Assembly: GCA_964418585.1 (NCBI GenBank)
Contig: CAYQMG010000072.1
Location: 19,121-83,120, forward strand
DNA from: an uncultured Gammaproteobacteria bacterium
GTDB lineage: Bacteria > Myxococcota_A > UBA796 > JAJRTE01
Length of the DNA stretch: 64,000 bases
Reading direction: 5' to 3'
Both the position numbers and the translations under genes were made by a program. How positions within the stretch are numbered: the first letter of the stretch is position 1; each line of letters starts with the position of its first letter. The notes beneath the pieces were generated by a model. It was not told the DNA's origin. It saw nothing but the letters and a program-made list of their open reading frames with translations, and did no database searches. Below are positions 1-8,550 of this stretch, one piece after another.

Positions 1-33
1 ACTACCATACACTTGAGTTCGGAGTACAGACCC

Positions 34-522
34 ATGACTGACCTCACCCACTTTGATTCCCGGGGACGCGCACGCATGGTAGACGTGGGGAAGAAGCCCC
101 CCACCGAGCGGGAAGCCGTGGCCAGGGGGATTGTCCGCATGTCTCCGGAGACGTTGCAACGGATTCTTGACCGGGACGTGGCCAAGGGCGATGTGCTGGC
201 CGTGGCGCAACTGGCAGGGATCATGGGGGCAAAACGCACCCCTGACCTGATTCCTCTGTGTCATCCCATCGGACTCACATCCGTGTCCGTGGTCTTGACA
301 CCCGTTCTCGAGGAGAGCACGGTTGAGATCGAGGCCACGACCCGAACCCTGGACCGCACCGGGGTGGAGATGGAGGCATTGACCGCGGTCAGCGTGGCCG
401 CCCTGACACTCTACGACATGTGCAAGGCCATCGACCGGACCATGCGTATCGAGCGCATCTTCCTGGTGAGCAAGCGCGGTGGACGGAGCGGGGAATTCAG
501 ACACGATCCGGACCAGCACTGA
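34..522 (+). CDS. moaC: Cyclic pyranopterin monophosphate synthase MoaC
   Basis: In ORF 13..522 (which opens on a TTG), the first ATG at 34 gives [21 protein letters not shown]..., a typical MoaC N-terminus. The conserved core ([19 protein letters not shown]) is present, and a GGAG RBS lies upstream. About 162 aa. Confidence 0.85.
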   Translation: MTDLTHFDSRGRARMVDVGKKPPTEREAVARGIVRMSPETLQRILDRDVAKGDVLAVAQLAGIMGAKRTPDLIPLCHPIGLTSVSVVLTPVLEESTVEIEATTRTLDRTGVEMEALTAVSVAALTLYDMCKAIDRTMRIERIFLVSKRGGRSGEFRHDPDQH

Positions 523-614
523 GTTCATGAGCGGGCAACGGTCGAACGCGGAAACGCGCTTCGAGGCACGGCTGGAAGACCAGTTGCCCTGGACACGCAC
601 TCAGGAGGGAGACG

Positions 615-1706
615 ATGAGAGGAGATCCAGGTTCCAGCATCAGGCCGACCCGATACTGGACACGTGTCGAAAACGGTCGTGTCCGCTGTGACGTGTGCCC
701 TCGAGCCTGTACCCTCCGGGAGGGGCAACGAGGTCTCTGCTTCGTCCGGAGCAACATCGACGGGCGCATCGTCCTCACCACCTATGGCCGGTCCAGCGGG
801 TTCTGCGTGGATCCAATCGAGAAGAAACCTCTCAACCATTTCTATCCCGGCACCCCCATCCTCTCGTTCGGCACGGCTGGGTGCAACCTGACGTGCAAGT
901 TCTGTCAGAACTGGGACATCAGCAAGTCCAGGGCCACGGCCACCCTCGCAGAGGACGCCTCTCCCGCGGCGATCGCTCGAACGGCTGCCCGCCTCGGGTG
1001 CAAGAGCGTGGCCTACACCTACAACGACCCCATCGTGTTCCTCGAGTACGCGATGGATACAGCAGATGCCTGCCGAGAGGAGGGGATCCTGTCGGTGGCA
1101 GTGACCGCGGGTTACATCCAGGAACCCGCCCGGTCGGATTTCTTCTCCCGAATGGACGCGGCCAACGTGGACCTCAAGGCATTCACCGAGCGATTCTACA
1201 GGAAACTGTGTAGCGGACACCTCCAACCCGTACTCGAGACCCTGGAGTACCTGAAACACGAAACCGATGTCTGGCTCGAACTCACCACCTTGCTCATACC
1301 GGGTGAGAACGATTCGGAAAAGGAACTGGAGGAAATGACATGTTGGGTTGTTGAACATCTTGGTCCGGACGTGCCCTGGCACTTCTCCGCATTCCATCCT
1401 GACTGGAAGATGACTTCAACCCCTCCCACGCCTCCTTCGACGCTCTCGCGCGCCAGGAAAATCGCCCAGAAAAACGGGGTGCGGTACGCCTACACCGGGA
1501 ATGTCCACGACGAGCGCGGGGGAAGCACCTACTGCCACGATTGCGGAACGAGACTCATCGGGCGTGACTGGTACGAAATCACCCTGTGGAACCTCACATC
1601 GGACGGCCGCTGCCCATCGTGCGGCGCCCGGTGCGCCGGCCGCTTCGACAGCACACCCGGCACCTGGGGGGCACGCCGACGGCCGGTCAGAATGGGATGG
1701 GAGTAG
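615..1706 (+). CDS. AmmeMemoRadiSam-system-type radical SAM enzyme (PFL-activase-like family)
   Basis: N-terminal Cys pair CDVCPRAC. Radical-SAM cluster motif GTAGCNLTCKFCQNWDIS, which is the hallmark of this subfamily. C-terminal Cys cluster CHDCG...CPSCGARCAG. Strong AGGAGGGAG RBS 4 nt before the ATG. Confidence 0.7.
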   Translation: MRGDPGSSIRPTRYWTRVENGRVRCDVCPRACTLREGQRGLCFVRSNIDGRIVLTTYGRSSGFCVDPIEKKPLNHFYPGTPILSFGTAGCNLTCKFCQNWDISKSRATATLAEDASPAAIARTAARLGCKSVAYTYNDPIVFLEYAMDTADACREEGILSVAVTAGYIQEPARSDFFSRMDAANVDLKAFTERFYRKLCSGHLQPVLETLEYLKHETDVWLELTTLLIPGENDSEKELEEMTCWVVEHLGPDVPWHFSAFHPDWKMTSTPPTPPSTLSRARKIAQKNGVRYAYTGNVHDERGGSTYCHDCGTRLIGRDWYEITLWNLTSDGRCPSCGARCAGRFDSTPGTWGARRRPVRMGWE

Positions 1707-1912
1707 AGACGGGCGTCGTGGGGAGGGTGGGTGCCGCACCATCCAAATCCCACCGTCTGGAGTGGATTCGACACAGGGTCGTATGGGGTGCATCTCCATT
1801 GCATGGTGCCTGTTCGACGGGTCTGAAGGCGCCTGCGGATGACTTTCCTGCCTTGTGATGACCAGGTGGCCGGGAAGCAGGGGAGGGAGAAGGCCCTTTT
1901 TCCTCCCCGGGG

Positions 1913-3106
1913 TCAGATCACACGGTCTGATTTCAGGCGGGCGATGTCGTCCTGGGAGTAGCCCAGGTCGGCGAGGATCTCGGCCGTGTGTGCTGACAGC
2001 CTGGGCGGGGGCGACTCGAGCTTGCCTGGGGTGCGCGAGAACTTGGCGGTCAGGTTGAAGAGTTTCAGCTTTCCGAGATCGGCCTCCTCCACTTCCCCGA
2101 TTGTCTGCCGGTGCTGAACCTGGGGGGAGGAGAGCGCCTCCTCCAGGCTGTAGATCGCCCCGGAAGGCACGCCTCGCGCGTTCAGTACTCGAACCCAGTG
2201 CTCGGTAGGCTTTTGCTTGAGCCGCGCCTCGAGCAGTGGTGTCAAGGCCTTGCGGTTTGCCTTCCGTGTGTCTCGCTCCTTGAACCGTGGGTCCTCGACG
2301 AGTTCGGGCACGCCCAATTCCTCGGCCAGGGCTTCCCACTGTTCCTGCTTGTTGGCCGCAATGTTGATGTATCCGTCCTGGGTCACGAAGGTGCCCGAGG
2401 GGGCTGCGGTGAAGTTGTCATTGCCCATCAGCACCGGTTGCTTTCCCCCGATGAGCAGATTTGCAGCGACCCATCCCATGAGGGGCATGATGGAGTCGAG
2501 CAGGGCCACATCGATGAACTGGCCCTCTCCGGTTCGTTCCCGGGCGTAGAGCGCAGCCATGATGGCGAAGGCGGCGTTCAATCCCCCCACGGTGTCACAG
2601 ACCGGGAACCCGCAGCGGAGCGGATTGAGGCGTTCGTCCCCGTTGATGGACATGACGCCGCTCAGTCCCTGGATGATCTGGTCATAGGCTGGCTTGAAGG
2701 CGTCCGGCCCGCTCTGGCCGAACCCGGAGATGGCACAGTAGACCAGACGGGGGTTGATACTGGAAAGCCGCTTGTAACCGACACCGAGACGGTCCATGAC
2801 TCCGGGCCGGAAGTTCTCCACCACCACGTCGGCTGTGGCGACGAGCTTTTCGAAGATTTCCTTTCCCTCGGGCGCCTTCAAGTTGATCGTGATCGACTTC
2901 TTGTTCGCGTTCTGGGCCAGGAAACTTGTACCCATGAGCTGCTTGTTCAGTTCCGGCACGTTCCCCAGTTTCCTGGCCAGATCCCCACCCGACGGATTCT
3001 CGACCTTGATGACCTCGGCGCCACACAACGCGAGATGAAGCGTGGCAAAGGGGCCCGAGAGGACGTTGGTGAGGTCCAGGACTCGAATGCCTTCCAGGAT
3101 GTCCAC
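1913..3106 (-). CDS. Family III CoA-transferase (CaiB/BaiF-like)
   Basis: 397-aa ORF, (M)DILEGIRVLDLTNVLSGPFAT...VENPSGGD...: the typical CaiB/BaiF fold signature. The start codon is GTG, preceded by a [14 protein letters not shown]. Confidence 0.8.
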   Translation of the reverse strand: MDILEGIRVLDLTNVLSGPFATLHLALCGAEVIKVENPSGGDLARKLGNVPELNKQLMGTSFLAQNANKKSITINLKAPEGKEIFEKLVATADVVVENFRPGVMDRLGVGYKRLSSINPRLVYCAISGFGQSGPDAFKPAYDQIIQGLSGVMSINGDERLNPLRCGFPVCDTVGGLNAAFAIMAALYARERTGEGQFIDVALLDSIMPLMGWVAANLLIGGKQPVLMGNDNFTAAPSGTFVTQDGYINIAANKQEQWEALAEELGVPELVEDPRFKERDTRKANRKALTPLLEARLKQKPTEHWVRVLNARGVPSGAIYSLEEALSSPQVQHRQTIGEVEEADLGKLKLFNLTAKFSRTPGKLESPPPRLSAHTAEILADLGYSQDDIARLKSDRVI

Positions 3107-3136
3107 GGTCTCTCCCTCCCGAATCAGTTCGATGTC

Positions 3137-4054
3137 TCACGCGCCGGTAGGAATGGGGCCGGTCCGATAGATTCGCCCCGGCAGGTCCCGTCCCAGCAAC
3201 TTGCTCGCCTCCCGCGTGGTCTCCAGGATGGGATCCAGCGCCACATCCCGCCGGATTCCCATTCGGTGCATCATGTGCACGAGGTCCTCGGTGCACACGT
3301 TTCCACCCGCCACCTTGGTGAACGGACAGCCGCCCAGCCCTCCGAACGCAGCTTCCACGCACCGAACGCCGGCGCGAAGGGCGGCATAGGCATTCGCCAT
3401 CCCCAGGCCATAGGTATCGTGCAAGTGGCAGGCCGTCTCAATCCCGGATCCAAGGTCCCGGATCTTGCCAAACAGCCGCTCCACCTGGTCCGGGTCCGCA
3501 TGGCCGGCCGTGTCGGCCAGGCTGATCGTGGTAAAACCGGCATCGAGAAAGGTCCGAACCAGATCCAGCACCCGCGACTCGGGAATCGGACCCTCGTACC
3601 CACAACCGAACGCGGACTGCACCGACATCTGGACGCGCTTGCCTTCTTCCAGAACCCGCCGCCCCATGGCCACAATCCGCCGGGTCGCTTCCTCCGTGCT
3701 CATCCCCGTGTTCTTGCGACTGTGCGTGTCACTCGCAGAAACGCCCATGCAAAAGTAGTCCACTCCGCATGCAAGGCCCCGGTCCACTCCGCGCTCGTTG
3801 AGCACCAACGCGGTCCACGTCACCTTGCTGGAAAACGCTTCGTTCTCCCGAAGTCTCAGGAAAAGCTCATCCGTATCCGCCATCTGCGGCACACGCCTGG
3901 GATGAACGAACGAACCAACCTGGATCATGTCCACGCCAGACCTTGCGAGCCGGGTGATCCACTCGAGCTTCTGCTCAGTCGGTACCACCATCTCCTCGAC
4001 CTGAAGCCCATCCCTGGGGCCGACCTCGTGAATGATCACATCACCAGTCACCAT
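3137..4054 (-). CDS. Hydroxymethylglutaryl-CoA lyase family (DRE-TIM metallolyase) protein
   Basis: MVTGDVIIHEVGPRDGLQ...HLHDTYGLGMANAYAALRAG...: the HMGL-like signature. ATG with AGAGGTG RBS. Sits 30 nt upstream of the CoA-transferase gene on the same strand. Confidence 0.8.
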   Translation of the reverse strand: MVTGDVIIHEVGPRDGLQVEEMVVPTEQKLEWITRLARSGVDMIQVGSFVHPRRVPQMADTDELFLRLRENEAFSSKVTWTALVLNERGVDRGLACGVDYFCMGVSASDTHSRKNTGMSTEEATRRIVAMGRRVLEEGKRVQMSVQSAFGCGYEGPIPESRVLDLVRTFLDAGFTTISLADTAGHADPDQVERLFGKIRDLGSGIETACHLHDTYGLGMANAYAALRAGVRCVEAAFGGLGGCPFTKVAGGNVCTEDLVHMMHRMGIRRDVALDPILETTREASKLLGRDLPGRIYRTGPIPTGA

Positions 4055-4098
4055 GACGCACCTCTTGCCAGAGCAACGCCCCCACCCACAGGTCGGGC

Positions 4099-5217
4099 CT
4101 ACAGCAACGCAGCGATGGCTTCAGCCATCTCCAGCGTCGTGTTGCTCCCGCCCATGTCGTAGGTCCGGACCTCGCCCCGCTCGATACACCCGGCAACGGC
4201 ATTCTCCAGCCGCTCCGCCATGGACGTCTCTCCCAGCCAGTCAAGCATCATCTTGACAGCCAAAATCGTGGCGATGGGGTTGACCTTGTACTGCCCCGCA
4301 TACTTCGGGGCAGACCCGTGCGTGGGCTCGAACACGGCGAGCTTCTCCCCGATGTTCCCGGAACAACCGAACCCGAGTCCTCCGACCATCTGTGCGCACA
4401 GGTCGGACACCACGTCCCCGTACAGGTTCGGGGCGACCAGCACGTCGTACTTGTCAGGATTCTTCAGCAGCCACATGGTCATCGCATCCACGTTGGCCTC
4501 GTCGAACACGATCTCCGGGAAGTCCTTCGCCACCTCCTTGGCAGTCTCGAGAAACAGGCCGTCCGTGGCCCGAACCACGTTCGCCTTGTGAACCACCGTC
4601 ACCTTCTTCCGACCATGCTTCCGCGCGTACTCGAATGCAGCACGGACAATCCGCTCCGAACCGGCACGGGTATTGATCTTGCACGACACGGCATACGCAT
4701 CGCCATCCAGGTCCGCGTACTTTCCGAACGGTCCGGAAATCGACTGGAGAAGGGAGGACAGTTCCTCGGGCACCGGGTGGAACTCCACGCCGGAATAGAG
4801 GTCTTCCGTATTCTCCCTGAAGACCACAATGTCCACGTCCGGACGATAGTTGAGAGGATTGCCGGGGAACGCCCTGCAGGGTCGCAGACACACATACAGG
4901 TCAAACAACTGACGCATTCGCACGATGGGCGACCGATAAACCAACCCGGTCCCCTTCAGATCGGGAGCCAGTTCCTGCTCCGCCGCCTTCACCGGCTTCG
5001 ACGTGATGGCGCCAAACACGGCGGCATCCACGTTCTGAAGCAGCTCAATGGTCCTCGCAGGAAGCGCATCCCCTTCGCGGCACCAGAACTCCCAGCCGAT
5101 GTCCCCGTGAATGTACTCGGCGTCCAGGTCCAATCGATCCAGCACGATCTTCGCGGCGTCGCACACGTCGACACCCACACCGTCCCCAGGCAACCACGCA
5201 ATTCGATACTTGGCCAT
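4099..5217 (-). CDS. Isocitrate/isopropylmalate dehydrogenase family (beta-decarboxylating dehydrogenase)
   Basis: The ORF extends to 5346, but MAKYRIAWLPGDGVG... at 5217 is the typical family N-terminus. NLYGDVVSDLCAQMVGGLG active-site region. About 372 aa. Confidence 0.75.
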   Translation of the reverse strand: MAKYRIAWLPGDGVGVDVCDAAKIVLDRLDLDAEYIHGDIGWEFWCREGDALPARTIELLQNVDAAVFGAITSKPVKAAEQELAPDLKGTGLVYRSPIVRMRQLFDLYVCLRPCRAFPGNPLNYRPDVDIVVFRENTEDLYSGVEFHPVPEELSSLLQSISGPFGKYADLDGDAYAVSCKINTRAGSERIVRAAFEYARKHGRKKVTVVHKANVVRATDGLFLETAKEVAKDFPEIVFDEANVDAMTMWLLKNPDKYDVLVAPNLYGDVVSDLCAQMVGGLGFGCSGNIGEKLAVFEPTHGSAPKYAGQYKVNPIATILAVKMMLDWLGETSMAERLENAVAGCIERGEVRTYDMGGSNTTLEMAEAIAALL

Positions 5218-5421
5218 CGCTACCTCTCGTTTTCGGTTTTCTTCAGCCCACGGCGGGGAGTACAGGACATCGCCCCCGGATCGACCACGCCGGGAAGCAG
5301 CTTCCTCACCCGCTCGACAGACCAGCCCCGCGCCGGGGTACGCCACCCCCTACGGTTCCGGACCGTCACGAGTTCCAGGCTAGATACCCTGACCGATCTG
5401 GTTCCGTCAAGGCAAATCGGG

Positions 5422-6906
5422 CTAGAGGAAGTCAGAGACTCGAGACGCCACCTCGATCAGGGGGTTCCAGTAGATACCGAGTCCCACGGTCAACAGCGCA
5501 AGGAAGGCAAGAACACCGGTGCGGGCACCTGATACGTGAATTTCCGGGATACCGTCCACCGGCTCGGTCAGGTACATGGCACGAAGCACACGGGCATAGT
5601 AGTAGAGGGACACCACCGAGTTCAGCACACCGATGATCGCGAGAATGACGTACCAACTCCCCTCTCGCTGCAACACCGCAGCAAACAGGTAAAACTTGGT
5701 AACGAACCCGCCAAAAGGCGGAATCCCGGTCAACGAGAGCAAGAAAACGGCGAAACAGGCGGACACCACCGGCAGCCGCCGCGCGAGTCCGGAAAATACC
5801 GAAATCTCCTCGCTGTCCGTGTACTCCGCCACCGCAAGTACCACAAAAAAGGCGCCCATGTTCATGATGAGGTAGACGACCAGGTAGGCCATCACCGCAG
5901 CCACGCCGTCCCTGGACAACGCAACCACCCCCATCAACATGTAACCGGCATGGGCAATGCTCGAGTAGGCCAGCAGCCGTTTCAAGTTGGTCTGCGTGAT
6001 CGCCGCCAGGTTTCCAAACGTCATGGACGCCACCGAGATCACCCCAAGCACCGCCTGCCACGGCACCATGTCGATGGCATCAAACGTCCCAGGCCCTGCG
6101 GCCTCCCCGAACGCCGTGAAAAACAACCGGACCAGCGCAGCAAATCCTGCAGCCTTCGGCGCCACTGACATCATCGCAGCAAAGGGTGTTGGAGCTCCTT
6201 CGTAAGCGTCCGGACACCAGGCGTGAAACGGAACCGCAGCTATCTTGTAGGACAGGCCCGCAAGAATGAAAAGAACCGAAATGAACCCCAACGCCGTCGT
6301 TGCCGCGCCCCCTCCACCGGCCCCCAACGCCCCTGCCACGCCTTCGTACGACAGCTCTCCGGTCATCCCGTACAAAAGCGACAGGCCGAACAGCATGATG
6401 CCTGAGGCCACCGCGCCGAAAATCGCGTACTTCAACCCCGCTTCCACCGACCGGGGCCGGTGCGGGTCGAACGCGGTCAGTCCATACGCGGTGATGCTGA
6501 TGAGTTCGAGGGACAGGTAGAGCACGAGTAGATTCGTCGCCGACACCACGGCGATAAGCCCAACGGTCATCACCAACAACAGGGCGACGTACTCAGCATG
6601 CCGGCCCCGCACCACCTCCCGCACGCCATCAGAGAACAGGATGGTGAGCAGTGTTGCAGCCGCAAACAGGGGAATCAAGAACACCGTCAAGGCATCCGCC
6701 GCCAACATGTCCCGGAAACTGTTCTCGTAGGCGTACTGTCGAAGCGGCAGCACCAGCAGCGCGGCCAGAACCACCCCTGCGCCGCCCAAAACTGTGTACA
6801 ACCGGACGCGCCGTTCCCTGGAGGCCAGGTCCAGGATCAGGATGGCCGCAGCGGAGAGCAGAAGCACCAGCATGGGCGCCAGTTGATAGAAATCACTCGG
6901 GGTCAC
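5422..6906 (-). CDS. nuoN: NADH-quinone oxidoreductase subunit N
   Basis: 494-aa polytopic antiporter-like protein with NuoN/ND2-like sequence. It is the last gene of the contiguous nuo block. Confidence 0.85.
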   Translation of the reverse strand: MTPSDFYQLAPMLVLLLSAAAILILDLASRERRVRLYTVLGGAGVVLAALLVLPLRQYAYENSFRDMLAADALTVFLIPLFAAATLLTILFSDGVREVVRGRHAEYVALLLVMTVGLIAVVSATNLLVLYLSLELISITAYGLTAFDPHRPRSVEAGLKYAIFGAVASGIMLFGLSLLYGMTGELSYEGVAGALGAGGGGAATTALGFISVLFILAGLSYKIAAVPFHAWCPDAYEGAPTPFAAMMSVAPKAAGFAALVRLFFTAFGEAAGPGTFDAIDMVPWQAVLGVISVASMTFGNLAAITQTNLKRLLAYSSIAHAGYMLMGVVALSRDGVAAVMAYLVVYLIMNMGAFFVVLAVAEYTDSEEISVFSGLARRLPVVSACFAVFLLSLTGIPPFGGFVTKFYLFAAVLQREGSWYVILAIIGVLNSVVSLYYYARVLRAMYLTEPVDGIPEIHVSGARTGVLAFLALLTVGLGIYWNPLIEVASRVSDFL

Positions 6907-6915
6907 CGCATCCTC

Positions 6916-8454
6916 CTAGATTGCCACCGCCTCGGTCACGGACTTGATGAGGCTGAACAGCCCTGGATTGATGAGGTCGAGGACTGGCATGGGATAGAAG
7001 CCCATCACCACGATGATCACGCCCAGCGGGTACAAGGTCGCCCGCTCACGCCACGTCACCCCGGCCAGATCCGCATACTTGGGATTCAGGTTGCCCAGGA
7101 AGATTCGTTGCATCGTCCACAGGTAGTAGGCCGCGGTGATGACCACCGACGTTGCGGAGATGATCGTGAGTACCCGGAACGTGGGGAACGCCCCCAGGAA
7201 ACAGAGCGCCTCGCTGATGAATCCGGCCAGCCCGGGCAACCCCAGGGACGCCATGAACGCCAACCCGGTCAACGCTGCATACTCGGGCATCACGTGCGCC
7301 AGGCCCCCAAAACCATCGATCCGACGGTGATGGGCGCGGTCGTAGATCACGCCAACGAGAAGGAACAGCATCGGGGAAATGATCCCGTGATTCCACATCT
7401 GCAGCACCGCGCCTGATATCCCCTGCTCGGTAAACGCGGCCATCCCCAGAAGCACAAATCCCATGTGGCTGATCGACGAGTAAGCAATCAACTTCTTGTA
7501 GTCACGTTGCGCCATACATACCAGCGCGCCGTAGACAATGTTGATCATTCCGAACACCGCCATGCCCAACGCCGCCCATTGCGTCGCCTCCGGCAGGATC
7601 GTGTAGTTCACCCGCAGAATACCGTAGGTCCCCATCTTCAAAAGCACACCCGCCAGAATCACCGAGATCGGGGTGGGCGCCTCCACGTGCGCATCCGGGA
7701 GCCATGTGTGGAACGGGAACATCGGAATCTTGATCGCAAAGCCGATGAACAACGCCACGAAGATGATCTTCGGAAAGGCCACACCGAGAATCGGACCCGC
7801 CTGCGAGAAATCATTCTCCGACGCCAACTTCAGGAAATTGAACGTGTGCGAACTCGCCGTACCGTCCACCAACGTCGTGGGGTTGCTGTTGTAGTACAAC
7901 GCGATCATCGCCAGCAGCATGAGCACACTCCCTGCCAACGTGTAGAGGAAGAACTTGATCGCGGCATACTCCTTTCGCGGACCACCCCACACGCCGATCA
8001 GGAAGTACATGGGCAACAACATGACTTCCCAGAATACGTAAAACAGGAAGAAGTCCAGCGCGCAGAACACCCCCAACATGCCCGTCTCCAAAAGCAGGAA
8101 CATGGACAGGTATCCCCGCACTTTCTTCTCGATCCCGTAGGACGCAATCAGCGCAATGAACGAGATGAGCACCGTCAGCAGGACCATCGCGATGCTGATG
8201 CCGTCCACGCCCACGAAATACTCAATGTTGAACGTCCGGATCCAGACGACGTGGTCGACAAACTGCACCTCCGATTGCGTCGGATCAAACTGCCGCCAGA
8301 GCACAAACCCCAGCAACAGCGGGACCGCAGTCGCAATCGTGGCAAATACCCGCATCAGATCCCGCCGGTCCGCTGGTGTGAACAACACCGCAGGAATCCC
8401 CAACAACGGGAAGAAGATCATGATCGTCAACAGATGGTCCAGAATGAATTCCAT
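6916..8454 (-). CDS. nuoM: NADH-quinone oxidoreductase subunit M
   Basis: 512-aa antiporter-like subunit (MEFILDHLLTIMIFFPLLG...), NuoM/ND4-like. Confidence 0.85.
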   Translation of the reverse strand: MEFILDHLLTIMIFFPLLGIPAVLFTPADRRDLMRVFATIATAVPLLLGFVLWRQFDPTQSEVQFVDHVVWIRTFNIEYFVGVDGISIAMVLLTVLISFIALIASYGIEKKVRGYLSMFLLLETGMLGVFCALDFFLFYVFWEVMLLPMYFLIGVWGGPRKEYAAIKFFLYTLAGSVLMLLAMIALYYNSNPTTLVDGTASSHTFNFLKLASENDFSQAGPILGVAFPKIIFVALFIGFAIKIPMFPFHTWLPDAHVEAPTPISVILAGVLLKMGTYGILRVNYTILPEATQWAALGMAVFGMINIVYGALVCMAQRDYKKLIAYSSISHMGFVLLGMAAFTEQGISGAVLQMWNHGIISPMLFLLVGVIYDRAHHRRIDGFGGLAHVMPEYAALTGLAFMASLGLPGLAGFISEALCFLGAFPTFRVLTIISATSVVITAAYYLWTMQRIFLGNLNPKYADLAGVTWRERATLYPLGVIIVVMGFYPMPVLDLINPGLFSLIKSVTEAVAI

Positions 8455-8550
8455 CGCTCTCGTACCTTTCCCCGCCTGACTTTCGGCGCCCTCACCTCGT
8501 ACCCGATGGCAGGGCAGGAAACCCGTGCCGGGCCTGCTTCCTCACTCGCT

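Noticed and set aside
1868-1900. GGGGAGG...CCTCCCC hairpin between the convergent radical SAM and CoA-transferase genes
   Set aside because: No U-run follows the stem on either strand (the T-run is inside the loop), so it is not a canonical intrinsic terminator. It may still be a weak or Rho-dependent stop region.
2111-4162. 683-aa ORF on the + strand, and similar very long antisense ORFs (16473..18725 -, 19021..20448 -, 49211..52129 +, 60129..62384 -, 58512..60047 +, 53581..54960 -)
   Set aside because: They lie exactly antisense to genes with strong family matches. Their products are Arg/Pro/Gly-rich and low-complexity. They have no RBS and no family resemblance. This is the expected artefact of stop-codon depletion in high-GC DNA.
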